Source of the DNA: Mobula hypostoma
Taxonomy: Eukaryota
Assembly (NCBI RefSeq): GCF_963921235.1
Contig: NC_086097.1
Coordinates: 195,550,001-195,614,000 of the forward strand
Length of the DNA stretch: 64,000 bases
Reading direction: 5' to 3'
The translations under genes were made by a program, and so were the position numbers. The notes under the pieces were generated by a model that was given only the letters and a program-made list of their open reading frames with translations, was not told the origin of the DNA and ran no database searches. Positions 12,511 to 26,899 of this stretch are shown here, piece after piece. Within the stretch, counting starts at the first letter, position 1; each line of letters opens with the position of its first letter.

Positions 12511-14799
12511 ATATTCCTGCATGAGCTGATCCCCTCAAAGTAAGTCAGCATCTTCATGTTTGACTTAAAATGCAAAATACAGTGGTTTTGGACTTTAATA
12601 CTGTAAATGCTGAAATATATTCAGTAAATATTCACACTTCCATGTAAAAATAGAACCATTGATCATTTAGAATTATTGAAGTACTAGATTATCGTCAGAG
12701 GCAAGAATGTACCAGATTCAGCAGCTTTAAGAGTCCTCAGTGAGTGCTTTAAATTGGATGACATTGTGTAACTAGCTCACACCTAATCCACATCAAATTC
12801 ATACTGCCTACTTAATCTGATGTCAATGATCAGCCTTGGCTAACTAGTCTCTACATGTCAGCAGGACCAATTATGTCCAGGGCTAGCAGCAGTTCATCTA
12901 GGTATAGCCAGGTTTCTAAAATGTGATGCAGCTGGACATGTTTCAGTGTGTGTGAGCCAACATATTGCATGTTCAGTGATAACACCCAGATATCAATCAG
13001 TGTGCAAAGTTGATTAGAGCCCAGGTCTGATAAATTGGAGTTCAACATACCAGCTATCACCATTGTGCAGAAATTCATCTCCAATCAGACCTATACTAGC
13101 AGTATATAGCTGCAAGAGGAAGTTGTACACTGCATCCTAGAATTTATTTCACTGAACTCACTGTCTATATTGCATGTTTAATGCCACCTACTGAGGATGA
13201 AATTCTAGGAAAACAACTTCAATTCAACAGTAGAGAAGACCGTCCTTCTTCACATAAGATGATTATCAATTATTTGCAGTTTAGTAGTTGATTAATTTCA
13301 TCTGATTGGTTCCTTGATTTAACAAGGGGGCTTCCAATTGGGATTAGACATTTGATCAGGGGTAGTATTCCAGGATCTGGGGGAGATTGCCTTGAATTCA
13401 TGATTTATTGTGTAGCTATGCTCTAAAATGAGGGTGCTTGGCTGATATTCTCCATAAAAAGAAATATGAATGGGAGAAAGAGCAGAGGACTTACAGAACA
13501 AAGCAAGTGAGAGAGAAAAGAAATGAAATGTAGCTTTCTCAGCAGGAATCTAGGGTGATTCTATAGCAGCAAGGAACAGTCTTCTCTGAATGAAGACTTC
13601 CTCAGTAAAAGGATTTACTAAGGCGAGTCACAGACGATGACATTTGCATAACAGGGTTTTTCCAGTCTAAGGATAGCTGTTATTTGCTGGAGGTTGCCAA
13701 ATGTTGCAGTGTAAGGGAGATCCACAGAAGTAACCATCTGAGTACTCTGCAGCAGAATTGGTAACTTTAGCTTCTTGCAATCTGTGCTATCCTTTCCCTT
13801 CGTGGGTGCAGCTCTGTTTCACCAGCTGTGAACCACATCTCAAAGCTAATAGCCACCCACAGTGTCTGTGTTGGAGCAGTATCCACACATACCAGAATGA
13901 GCAAAGTTAGTCTCAATCATCCATGACCGCCTGGTCAGCTTGTGAATCTAGGCTATTTGATAGGAAAAACATATAAAGGAATGACTCTGGGAAAAGCAAG
14001 AGATTCATCCCCACACATCAGTAACATGTAATTCAGAAAGGATTTTGGGAGGTAAGGAAATAAATAGGACATCTAGATATGAGCACGAGCTACATAACGG
14101 TGAGTCTAGTCATAACAAGATCTCTTTCCTCCACATGAGCAAGCAAGGATCTAAGGGTTTTTGTCACAGCACCTTATTTAAATACTGTCAGATTACCATC
14201 TGTCCTGATCTTCACACTTTCTGTCTGTTCACTTGAGCTGGTTCCTTTTCAATATCTTGGTCATTGCAATTGCCTATTTTAGAATTAAATCTCTCTCTTC
14301 TCCTGTAAAGAAACAGCTATTCTAGTAATTCTGATCACCTTCCAAACATTACCTTGAGCTTGTTTCAGGAGTTGCCAAGGTTAGTAGGTTTCTTAGAAGT
14401 TCCTGAGACACAAATTGTGGAAAAAAAAGCCTGCATGTGGTTCACAGATGGATAGATTTTATAATATTAAACTGTATTACACAGACTGGATTGTTCTTCC
14501 ATTTAGTTTAAATGACATGCAAAAAATGCAACCTGCTATCAAGCCTCCAACTAACTAAGAAATTTTCCTGATGTTAAAGAACATCACAAGTCCTGGAGGA
14601 ACCCATTTCCACCCGGCTAAAAACGCCTTCAATCTGTTCAGTTATCATTCTGCACATGATCAAACTTCACTGCAGGTTAGTGTGAAAATCATTATGAGTA
14701 AGTGATGCTTGACATTTAATTCTGTAACCAGGTAGTTATGCCACCCGGATTTCCCATCGCCAATGCCAAGAGACATTGCAACTCCAATTTTAGTCAGTC

Positions 14800-15345
14800 A
14801 TGGAGATACACTGCAGGAAAATAGGCCCTTCGGTCCACCAATTCTGTGCTAACCATCAAGCTCCCATTATTACATTAACCCCAGCCTAACCCATTTTATT
14901 CTCCACTGACACGAGGAATTCTGCAGATGCTGGAAATTCAAGCAACACACATCAAAGTTGCTGGTGAACGCAGCAGGCCAGGCAGCATCTCTAGGAAGCG
15001 GTACAGTCGACGTTTGAGGCCGAGACCTTTTGTCAGGACCCTGAAACCTCGACTGTACCTCTTCCTAGAGATGCTGCCTGGCCTGCTGCGTTCACCAGCA
15101 ACTTTGATGTGTGTTGCTTTTATTCTCCACAGATTCCCATCAGCTCCTCCACATTGTACCAGTCATCTGCACACTAGGGCCTATTTACAATATCTGCTCA
15201 TCTTTGGCTTGTGGGAGGAAACTGGAGCACATGGAAGAAGCTCATGCGATTGTGGGAAAAACATGCAAACTCCATTTCCAAAAGCACAAGGGATTAAGCT
15301 TACATTTGAAGTTAGATACTCCGGTTACTGTACCACTGTGTTGGG
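14800..15345 (-). mobile_element. Old SINE hosting a palindromic PLE-tail insert
   Basis: AGGCCCTTCGGTCCACC tail motif and TGTGGGAGGAAACTGGAGCAC core on either side of the insert. Confidence 0.6.
14907..15117. mobile_element. Palindromic hammerhead-bearing PLE-tail insert
   Basis: Inverted arms meet at TCAGGAC|CCTGAAAC. The TSD TTTTATTCTCCAC is at 14894-14906 and 15118-15130. Confidence 0.9.
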
Positions 15346-16424
15346 TGCTGCTCTGCAATATTTCTTTGCTTCTTATCTGTGACATATGAGGAGAGATATT
15401 CTTCGGTATTTTGTCCCAACCTTAAGTGTTTTGTTTTCTTGTACATGTGAGTAAACTTAAACAAAACAGATTAAACAGAAAGGCATGTGTTGAGTGAATG
15501 GATGGAAAGTCATTGCCAGTGACTGTGAGAGAGAAGCAGCATGATATTACCTATAGACAAGAGTGAAGAGTATTTGTGTGTAATAGATGAGAAATATGAT
15601 CAAGTGCCTGTAGAAATATAAATAAGAGTAAAGGGGATGCTGTTTGTATTTCCAACCTGCTCCTTTTTCTGGAACATTCATGCCTCATCCCTTATCTCGG
15701 TACCATATTTCAGCACTCTCTCTATATCCTTTGATGCTTTTTTTTTTGCCTAGAAATCTATCTCCTTCTTGTGTATTGAGTGACTTAGCCACGACTTTTC
15801 AAGGTAGTTAATTCCTTAGCTTTACTAACTTGAGTGATTGCATTTCTTTTAACTCAGTCCTAAATATTTTATGACCGTCCTGTAACTACGGCCCGTTTCT
15901 ATTCCTAGAGGAAATATTTTACCTTCTCTGCGTGCAGCTTGTCAAACCCGAAAATATTTTTTTTCACACTTAACTTTGAGATTCCCTTGCATTTGGTGAA
16001 GCACCCCGCGTGCCCCCCACCCCCCCCCCCCCACTCTTACAAAATCCCTGGCACAAAATGATGAAGGACTTTTTGGGATGATACTGAGAATCCTGAAGCA
16101 ATGCCGTACGTCATCTGCACTTTATTTTCAGACCAAGTGTCACTACCCTTGGCGCATTATTTATCATTGTTCTAATAAAATGTGGTGTAAATGCAGATTA
16201 AGCTTATAACATATTCTTCTGCACCTTTCTTGTGTACTAAATCACTAAATGTTATGTAAGTTTTCTTGCTCTCAAGTCTATTAATTATTTTACCATCCTT
16301 CAAAAATCCTTCCCACTCCTATGTCCTAGCCGATTTCCATAGGTCCTTTAATTCTGGTTTCCTGTGCCCCTCACATGCTGTTGTTACATATCCCTTCACC
16401 ACTATTATCAGTCAACACCAACGT

Positions 16425-17620
16425 TCACAGTTCATTTATTATCAAATTACATATGTATATGTCACCATATACAACCCTGAGATTTGTTTTCTTGCTCAAT
16501 AAACCCAAGAAATGCGATAGAATCAATGAAGGACTGCACCCTACAGGACTGCCAAACAATCAACGTGCAGAAGAAAGCAAACTGTGCAAATAAAAAAAGG
16601 AAATAAATAGATAAATAAAGTAAGAAATAAGTATTAAGAGCATGCAATGAAGAGTCATTGAAAGTGACTCTATCATAGATTGTAGGAACAGTTCAGTGAT
16701 GGGGTGTAGGAAGTTAACCCCTCTGGTTCAAGAGCCTGAAAGTTGAGGGGTAATAACTGTTCTTGAACCTTGTGATGTGGGTCCTGAAGCTCCTGTACTT
16801 TCTTCCTGATAGCAGCAGTGAGACGAGATCATTGCCTGAGTAGTGGAGGTCCTTGATGATGGATGCTGCCTTCCTGCAACAACAGTCCGTGTAGATGTGG
16901 TCAATGGTCGTGATGGCTTTATCCATGATGAACTAGCCTGTAATTACTTTTCATTGGATTTTCCATTAAAGGGCATTGGTGTTTCCAAACAGGCCGTGAT
17001 ACGACCAGTCAATACATTTATAGAAGTATTGTCTGTGAAAGTTTTAGCTGTCATGCTGAATCTTCGCAACTGTCTCAGGAAGTTGAGGTACTGCTGTGCT
17101 TCCTTTGTAATGGCACTTACATGGTCGGCCCAGCACAGCTCCTCTGAAATTATAACATCAAGGAATTTAAAGTTGCTGACCCTCTCCACCTCCGATTCCA
17201 CTGTAATATATGCTCATGGACTTCCACCTTCCTCCTCCTGAAGTCAATAATCAGTTCCTGGCTCTTGCTGACATTGAGTAAGAGGTTGTTATTTTCCCAC
17301 TCAATCTTGCTCCTATATACTGATTTGTCACCACCCTTAATCCAACCAACGACCGTGGTATCATCAGCAAACTTAAATATGGCATTGGAGCTGTGCTTAG
17401 CCTCACAGTTGTAGGTGTAAAGCAAGTAGAGCAGGGGCTAAACACACAATCTTCTGTTGCACTTGTGTTGATGGAAATTGCGGAGGAGATGCTTTCGCCA
17501 ATCTGAACTGACTGGGGTCTGCAAGTGCGGAAATTGAGGATCCAGTTGACAAGGAGGTATTGCAGCTAAGGTCTGGTAGCTTATTATTTAGTTTTGAGGC
17601 GATGATCATATTTAACGCCA
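16425..17620 (-). mobile_element. Rex1/Babar-like LINE 3' fragment
   Basis: IFKFADDTTVVG, LNVSKSQELIIDFRR, VERVSNFKFL and RKAASIIKD...RFKNSYYP, plus the family 3' tail. Confidence 0.88.
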
Positions 17621-17624
17621 AACA

Positions 17625-18700
17625 TTTGCGGAGGCAAAGGGATGGTCGACATTTTGGGTCAAGGCCCTGCATTAGCATTGAGAGTGCAGAGGTAAGATAG
17701 CCAGTGAGTGCAGTGACATGAAACCGGCCACTGTGAGCACAGTGCAGGTGCTCTTCAAGATAATCACCTAGTCTATATGTGATCACACCAATGTAAAGGA
17801 AGCAACTTCACGAGTACTAAATACAAATGACCAGGTTGTTGGAAGTGCATGTGAATCTCTGCCTCACTTGAAAAGGCTGCTTAGATCCCTATATAGCGGT
17901 GAGGGAGGAGATGTTGGGACAACTGTAGGAGCAGGTACCAGAAGAATGGGGTGGATAGGAAGGGATGAGCAGCCTAGGCTGTCATAAAGAGCGATACCTG
18001 TAGAAAGCAGAAAAGAGGAGAGAGGGTGTGATATTGATGGCTAATGATGGAATATCTTTGGAGTTGGCAGAAGTGGTGATAGAAGACATGCTGGATTGCA
18101 GAGGCTAGTTGGGTGAAAGGAGAGGACCAAGGGAGGTCTTTTTTCTGTTTGGTTTTGGAAGAGGTGAGGTGAGAGCAAGCATGTTTGAAAAGGAAGAATT
18201 GCATGAGGGCTCTGTCAACTGCATCGGGTGGGGGTCAGTGCTTCCTGTTGAGGAGGGTATTTCAGATGCCCCAGAGTGGAAAGTTTCCTCATAAGAGCAG
18301 ATACAGCAGAGATAAGGAGAAGTGGATGGCATTACTATGGGAAACAACGAGGTAAGCTGTATGATGAAGCTGAGGGAATCCATAGGGTTATAGTAAATAC
18401 CAGTGGATAGTTTGTTTCCTGAGATGGAAACAGAGTTCCAGAAAAGGAAAAAGTGTCATAGATTGTCTAGCTGAATTTTAAGGCAGCATGGAAGTTGATA
18501 GCAAAGATGATCAAATTGGTAAATTCTGCATGAGTGCAGGAAGCAGCATTAATGCATTTGTCAATGTAACAGAGAAAGAGATGGGGAGGCATGCCAAAGT
18601 AGGGTCGAAACAAGATCTGTTCCATGTAGCTATCAAAAAGGCAGGCTTAGCTGGGGCCCACCCACTACCACCCACCCGCTGCAGTTGACAGAGCCCTCAT
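17625..18700 (-). mobile_element. Old Penelope-like element (RT to tail)
   Basis: Decayed GPS-ACLF--YMEQ RT motif near 18620-18660 and CICSYEETFHS. Collinear with the 8840-10271 PLE. Confidence 0.75.
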
Positions 18701-21700
18701 TTGCAGAAAGTGTAAGGAAGTTTTCCTGAGTATGAAGAAGTTCAGTTTTGCTCGAAGGCTTAGTAGGTCATGGATGGAAATATGAAAATAAGAACCCTCC
18801 AATAACAGTCTAATACCAGGCTGGTTATCTCTACAAAGTCCCCTCTCCGTCATGTCTATTGACATCTCCATCTCTGCAATGCCAGAATGAGGCATTAAAG
18901 AATTGCAAGATTTATAAAACTAACTGACTTGTTGTCACACTTCCTTTCATTTTATTTCTCCTTAAGCACCTTTAACTGATTGAGTAGCGTTTGATTTTTG
19001 GCCAGAGGTGGAGGTTACATGCAGTGAACAGGCCTCGATCTGGTGCCAATGTCCAGGTAGACCATGGTCAAATGTATTACCGGGGTGGAAGTTGAGAGAT
19101 GGAGTACCACAAGGTTGAAGAGGTCATGGATGTAGGGTAGTACTTATGGAGAAACACTGGTGCTGCCAATTTTATGTAAGACTGCTTATAGTCTCACGAA
19201 AACCTTTTATTTTGTTTGAGAGCAAACTCTCCATTCAGATCTCTGCAGAATTTATATCAGAGTTTTCCCAATATTGATATATATTTTTAGGTGGCTCTTA
19301 GGGAATTCCAGAGAAGCTGTCTGACTTAATAATACATCAGATATACAGCAGAAGATTATTGGACCTGGGATGTTGACCTTTGAAACCAGCTTTTGTTGCA
19401 ACCATTTTACACCCACAATATTGCAAAACTAGGTCCAACTTTAACTCTGACAGTTTAATAGTGCTTAGCAGTTTGTGTATTTCTATATAGTTACACACAA
19501 AGATAACTCAATGTTGGACAAACAGCTGGAGTTTACAAAAATTAATTGATGTTGTTGAGAACTAAATTCAACATTGTAAATGTCCTCCTGCTTTTGTTCT
19601 GCTGGTACATTTAGTCCAAAAAACTTAACAAGCAGCAGCAGAAGGAAGTAGATGAGAAGTTTATCCAATCAGACAGTATTTGGTTGTAATATATCTGAAT
19701 TAGTTTCTAGATGAACACACTGCTGGGGCTCTGGCCTTTAAAATGCAGCATTCCAACTGCGAAGGACTGGAAGAACGGTTAAAAAATCGAGTTTAAAAAA
19801 GAGGCAAAAATCAGGAGAAACTTGTGGATGTTTAACCATCCACGATTATTTCAGTTCATCCGTTAAGTATAAGACAGCAGCAAAATTCTTATACCTATTG
19901 CTCTCCGCTTTGCCAAAGAAGAAGTATTCAACTATTAGTCGATAAACTGAAGGCTGAGGAAAACATCTTGCTCACACACTTTGGGGAATCCCCACTTTGC
20001 TTTCAGATATCTGATTTCCTTACATGTAGCTTACTTTACTGACCCTTGAATCAGTGTGACATAGCTGCAAAAAATGTCATTTTGCTGCAATTTCACAATT
20101 AGTTTAAAGTAGCACACCATGTTGTTACAGCACTCACAGCGTGACTAACAATAAGCTATGATCCTAGCTGTTTGCATGTGAAAACAAATGTTAAGGATGC
20201 TTGTTAAGTCAACACGATAATAAATGTCATGGAGCAGGCAACATAATAAGCATCATTGTTAATGCTTGCTTCTTCATATGTTAAATACAGCTGAGCACAT
20301 GAAGCTTTAAATTAAGGTATTGAAGTTTGTCAGATTTCATTAGTGTAAAGAAGTCCCTACAATTTTCACAGTAAAATTTAATACATATATAATTAATTGG
20401 ACATCATTAAAGTTCAGGAAGTAGTTTTGCTGTAATTAGTTTAACCAGATACACTGTTGGTAGAAATGTATTTCAAAAACAAAACTATTCCTGATATGCA
20501 TTGTAAAATAGCACCCATTATCTACTGTCTCATCTGGCATGAGCAGTTAACATGAGCGGACTAACTACAATCGGGTGTTATTAGCAGCTCTTTCCATGAT
20601 CCTAGCAGACACCTTTGTGTGGGTTGTAATTACATATTTTAAGGTAATTGTGACTGAAGTTTATGTGTCCTGCTGGGGCAACGGATATAAATCAACAGAC
20701 TTGACTCAGGGACCCTGCTAACTGACCTTTCTAGTATCATGCTGTGTTTTGAATCATCTGTCATGTTTTGTTCAAACTTCCCTCATGAAATTGGCTTTAG
20801 GTAGGCAATCTAGTTCAGGAAGTCACAATGACTAATGCTCACTGCCCGTAGAAAATGTGCAACCTCTCTGATGTTGATGTACGTGGGGAAATCTCTAGAA
20901 TCATTAGCAACAAGGACACCGGCAAAAAAAAATGTAATTTTGTTTCTGAGCTATTTGCTAGTATTAAGACTATACTAAAAAAGAACATTTGTTTTAACAA
21001 CGCCCTCACCATATTAGCCTCAAGGGTCAATATTGGAACTTGATCTTTCTTTCTGTATTGATAGCCACATTGATATTGTGCCTTAATGTTTCGAAGAAGC
21101 TCCACACTCTCTAAAGCAAATTCATCCTAATCCCTTATGGGAGCCATCCTTTTTGTTGCTCTTGCTTTGGAAGTAATAATGTAACAATAGAGCATAACTG
21201 AACAGAAACAACAGATTCATATCAGTAAATAAAGCAGGAAAACCCACCGGCTCATATAGACACAGCCAAATGAAACTGAGAAAATTTAAAAAAAGGAAAA
21301 GAAAAGATTTGCATCAAGTAAAGCTTTTACCAGATTACCACAAACTGATGGTGTGCCAAGGAAAGAAGAGTTTATTTCTTTCTTCATTATGATGGGGGTT
21401 GCTTTTTAGGAAATAAAAGAAACTGTTTTTTCAATATCGGACTACAGGAAATCAAAGCAAACTACTTTCATATCTACCATGACTTGATACACTTATTAGC
21501 AAGAATAATTGAAGAGAAAGTGTCACATCTGGTGAAAGGAGGCGGCAGACCACATTAAACCTAAGGGTGACAGGAGTTGTGGTTGCGAGTGTCGTGTTGA
21601 TGGATGAAGGAAAGCAAGGAATTTCTATATTCTTTGAGAACAGAATCTTAAAGCATTTGCGAGTGAAATTCTCTGAGGGTGAATACATGTCACTCATCAA

Positions 21701-22349
21701 ATAGTAACAGAAATCTTCTATTCAAGAAGAAAATAATAAAAAAGCTAAACTCTGAAAAATATAATACTGAATCAGTAATGCCGGCATGATCAAGGCAGAA
21801 ATAAATGATTTCCAAGTACGTGACCTTGTGGCTGATATGTGCTATGAGCAATCTGACCAGGATTTTGTTGCTGAAAAGCTGACTTCTTTCATTAGAGGCA
21901 AATCTTATGCATTTGACTGTGATGCATTTCCAGATTCCAAATCCTGCCTATCCCCACCAGTCATCTCTGTATGTTCATATCTGAACAATCAGCAGTTGGC
22001 AGTGCATATTGTCTAACTTTTCGTTTAGCAATTTGGGAATTTATCCTGGTTGCGAGCACTGTAGTTACTTTGTATTTCAATTGTGTTTAAATATATCCTT
22101 TCATTTGTTGTATTGTCTCTGTTTAACAGTTAACATTTAACAGAATTTTACTCACCTTGCCAATATCTTGCTTTATTTTGGGATGGCAATTCCTACTGGA
22201 ATCTCCTTTGTCCTTAGGAAACCACAGCATGATAATTTCTGCAGCTCTGATTGGAAGCAGATGGGACCAGGTTGGAGGAATTCTCAGTGGACCGATTTCA
22301 ATTTCAGTCAGAAATGAACTTAGCCCCCAGAATGCTTTTTAGGATATAA

Positions 22350-22987
22350 CTAAGGAGCTATTTGGCATTTATTTCAAGGGGAATGGAATATAAAAGCATG
22401 GAGATAATACTGAGCCTTTATAAGACACTTGTCAGACCGCACTTGAAGTATTGTCAACTGTTTTGGACCCCACATCTCAGAAAGGATGTGCTGTCATCAG
22501 AGAGAGTCCAGAGAAGGTTCACGAGGATGATTCCTGGAATGATGGAGTTAACATATGAGGAGAGTTTGACAGCTTTGGGCCTGTACTCACTGGAATTTAG
22601 AAGATTACATGGAGATCTCCTTGAAATCTTTTGAATGTTGAAAGGACTAGGTAGGATGGATGTGAAGAGGATGTTCCCTATGTTGGGGGTATCCAGAACT
22701 ATAGGGCACAGCTTAAAATTGAGGGCAACCTCTTAGAACAGAGATCAGGAGGATTTTTTTTAGCCAGAGAAAAATTGTGGAATGCTCTGCCACAGACTGT
22801 AGTGAAGGTCAAGTCCATGGGTAAATTTAAGGTGGAAGTCAATAGTTTCTGGATTGGTCAGAGCATCAAAGGATATGGCAAAAGGTCAGGTGTATGGGGT
22901 GATCCAGGATCAGCCATGATAGAATGGCAGAGCAGACTTGATGGGGTGAATGGCCTAATTCTGCTCCATGCCTTATGGTCTTATGGC
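22350..22987 (+). mobile_element. CR1 3' fragment
   Basis: AFISRGMEYKS...LVRPHLKYC and a CCTTATGGTCTTATGG tail. Confidence 0.92.
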
Positions 22988-23719
22988 GGTTCTTGAGAAG
23001 ACAACATTGTATTACTGTCTTCTTGAAGATAAGCCATCAAGCCATCTCAGCAAATCACATATCGCTGCCCATCAGAACAAAACACATTGCTCTGAATTTG
23101 TTTATTGCTGTATTAATAACCATCTAACCAGCCTGCACACAGTTATCTCCGGAATGATGAACAGCTTTGTAGTGCAGTTAAGAAGATGCTGGTAATAGAT
23201 GATGGATTCTGTCAGGACAGTTACTCGGAATGGTGCACACTAAAGTCAGCAGCCAATGCAAGCACAAATAATTTCTTGGCAAACCTGTTCTAAATATGTC
23301 ACTTAGAATTATATCCTACCCCTTCATCCCTAATTCAACTATTATTATATCTTTACCTAGATGAGAGTTAGAATGTGAAACATTCTGCTGAAGTAGGTGG
23401 TTAAAGTAAATATGCATTTAATGAGGAGTTCACCAACAATAAAATGGGAAAGATTCAGATGATAATGCTAATAGGATTACATGAAGTAAGGTGGCTCGCG
23501 TAATAGAAGTGATGAACACATTGGGGTAATTCTAAATTGCCATTATAGAGGACATTTTGACATCTCTATGCATTACTGTTTTGTTTGCTGCAGCATCCTC
23601 TTACAATATACGGAAACGACAGTGAGCTGTCAGGTCAGCTCATTGGCTGCAGACTACCATAACTGCAGGACTGTATGTGTCCAAGAAGCAGGTAGGAAAA
23701 TTCAATGTAGACACTACCC

Positions 23720-23895
23720 TCCCAGCAAAATACTTTTTCCAGTACTTTAACCATTAGCTTTATTTTTAACATAATTCTTTATTCTTAATAGTTGAATATT
23801 GTTGTTTTTCATTGCATCTTGCACCAACACATCACAGCAAATTCCAAATACATGTAAATAGAGATGGTGAATAAAGCTGATCATTCTTGATCCTT
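23720..23895 (+). mobile_element. Probable Rex-like 3'UTR remnant
   Basis: Ends ATGGTGAATAAAGCTGATCATTCTTGATCCTTGA, similar to the Rex-like tails in this window. Confidence 0.4.
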
Positions 23896-25106
23896 GATAA
23901 ATACCAGTACACATCAATTGGGACAGATGGCTGTTTCTGTGGCATAGGACCTATGTAAATCAATGTGAATGTGTGGCATGCAATCAACCAACCAATATTA
24001 CTTTCTGGAGACTTTCTTCATCAGCTCAATTCCTGCCGACCAGTGAAATGCTGTACATGCATATACAGAATCAGCTGCACATGTACAAAATGAAAGGAGA
24101 AGGAATGTTCAATTTCCTTAATGCAAATATGTGCACCCATGTGCAAAAGAGAAAGTTGTTTAAGTCAGAAAATAAATCAAGGAATTTGAAAATTATTTTA
24201 GTAGCAGTCTAAAAAGTATCAATTAGATTTCCTTAGGTTCTGAAGTTAAGCAGCATGGAGTGGGCACAAAATCAGACCAAAGCAGCTACTTTGTCAGATA
24301 TTTTATATGCAATAATGATCTCTGATGGTTATCAAAACATTGCTATCCTGCATCTAATTTGTCCAGAAACGGTCGCAGAACAAGACATGTTTCCTTGGTC
24401 TATGAGATTTCAGCAGTAATCGGATCATATTAACAACAAATGAGGAAGGATTTATTGATCTAATATAGGATAGATGACACAGCATCATTTGTAAATTAAA
24501 CCTTAGGGTATTCTTCAGAAAGCCGGAAACATTCATTTTTATTTTAAGCCTCAAGTGTAAGCTTTGGTACGCTTAGTACTGACTTCAGAACTGTAACTCT
24601 CAATCTCTGAATTTTAGGCAAGGAAATGAGAAGTATCACACTCAGATCAATCTAAATCCTCTTCTTTAAATTGGATCAGAGGTATGGATGATAGACATTT
24701 TAGGACTGAAGGAAATTACAACAAAGTTGATGAAATACAAAAATACTTTAGTGTTTTTTTAAAAGGAGAAAACCTAATCAAACTGAATCAAAGGAGATCA
24801 AGTTTACATATTTATAGGAAGGGACATTAAAACTGAAATGACTTCCTACTCAGCTTCTGGACTGCATGGTTACAACCTATTATCTTGGTCAGAAAACAGC
24901 ATGCCTTCTTGATTATTCAAAAGAATTTATAAATGCCTGTGCAGAGGATAAAAATTGTAACAAATTGCAACAATAAGCAATTGTACGTTAACAATATATT
25001 AAGTCTCAAAAATCTAGAAGCATAGAAATACTTTGAGTAACTCTGTCCGAGCACTCCGATATAAGGTATTCTGATAATGCATATACTTGTATTGAAGAGC
25101 ATTTAA

Positions 25107-25514
25107 TAACTCTGGAATTCAGAAGAATGAGTGGTGACCTCATTGAAACCTATCGAATGGTGAAAGGCCTTGACAGAGTGGATGTGGAGAGGATGCTTCC
25201 TATGGTGGGAGAGTCTAAGACCAGAGGACACAGCCTCAGAAAAGAGGGGTGTCTTTTTAGAATGGAGATAAGGAGGAATTTCTTTAGCCAGAGAATGGTG
25301 AATCTGTTGAATTTGTTGCCACAGGCAGCTGCGGATGCCAAATCTGTATGCATACTTAAGGCAGAGGCTGACAGATTCTTGATTAGTCAGGTCATGAAGG
25401 GATACAGAGAGAAGGAAAGATATTGGGTCTGCAAAGAAAAATGGATCAATCATGATGAAATAGACTCAAAGGGCCAAATGGCCTAATTTTCTCCTATGTC
25501 TTATGGTCTTATGG
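25107..25514 (+). mobile_element. CR1 3' fragment
   Basis: GDLIETYRMVKGLDRVD...TRGHSL and a TCTTATGG tail. Confidence 0.92.
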
Positions 25515-26899
25515 AAATGTATTAATGCATTTGTCCAAAAATTCTCTTGTCTTAAAATGTTAATTTGTGGATAATAGGGAAGAAAGCACAATGACCATTT
25601 CCAAAGATGTACTGGATTTGAAACAGAGCAAAATTTTTTATGAGTGTATGGATTTTGGATCTACCCCACAGGATGCTGTGCTTAAATGTGAAACATCAAA
25701 GGATGATACTAATTGTCTTTGTGGTGGTTTACAAAGCACACCACTCCACCAAAACCTGGAGTCAGTCTTAGGCATTCATCATCCAAAGCAATAGTGAAAT
25801 TGTTTTGGATTATATGCATGTTATCTTGCATTCTTTGCTTCCTTGAATGATTTCTGCTGCAAAAGTTTCTTCATTAACACCAAGCAGCCTTTAGAGTTAT
25901 ACCAATTATATGTATATACAAAGTTCCCAAAGAGACAACTATAGGTTTCTTGGCACTTGTATTTCACACCAGCAAAATCAAAATCCTAAACAGCATTTCC
26001 TTTAAACATTATTCTAGTCTCTGACTTTCTTACTAAAATTAAAAGTTTTGTATTAAATTCTGTCACTTACAATGCAATGGCTCTCCCAGAAATGGTGTAC
26101 TTCAGTTTGAGTTCTCCAAACTGCTTAAGCCACTCAGTTTGAGCATAAGCATTGTAACTAAGCACAACTAAGCTAAGCTCATTGGACTGCATAATTTGAC
26201 AGGTATCATTTAATAGCTGTCAAGTGTCTGCACATACTCCATCCACACAAAGTTCATCCAGATCAAATGGTAAAGAGAGTGCTGCCACCAAAAAATGAGA
26301 TTTACCATGATCACATCACTCCGAGAATTTCTAGCATTTTGTATACTGTGCCAGCAAGCTTGACATTGTCCCACATGGACTTGTGAATGCACAAGTCCTA
26401 TCTGCACTCAGGTATTCAGCAACAATGTTCTGACTATGCTCTGGTATTGTCTTATTTATCTTTTCCAGCAGATGGCACAGAAACTGTGGCACCTTTCATT
26501 TGAAGGGAAGGGAATGGCTGCAAGGGACCTGTGTAAAGTCAATTTCTTTTGTTATTATGCATAATTTTAATTGGTTGAGTATTTTAAGTGTATTTAAGAG
26601 TTTTGGTTTTAAGAATTATCAATAAGTTTTAAAATATTTAATAGTTTAAATTTTTGAATGGTTGTGGCATATTTTTCAACATTTCTGAATGTGATAAAAT
26701 CCAAAACATTCATCATGCTTTGATCACTTTGTCAGGCAGTTAAGCCAGTGGCATGACTTAGCCAGCTGAGATATGTTTTCAACATTTTTATGAGCAATGT
26801 TTGTTCTGGTTCCTTCACTGAAACAATATACATTTCTAAAAGGACCTGCAACTACATAAAGTCTCATCTTTGTGGTAGGGCTGACTCAGATTTATACAG

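Noticed and set aside
16012..16032. Poly-C tract (possible G-quadruplex)
   Set aside because: Simple homopolymer with no supporting context.
22156..22250. Candidate minus-strand exon ending at GTGAGT
   Set aside because: No recognisable protein in the frame I read. A splice motif alone is insufficient.
26065..26220. Short open frame ending at a minus-strand GTAAGT
   Set aside because: Weak acceptor and no homology I can recognise.
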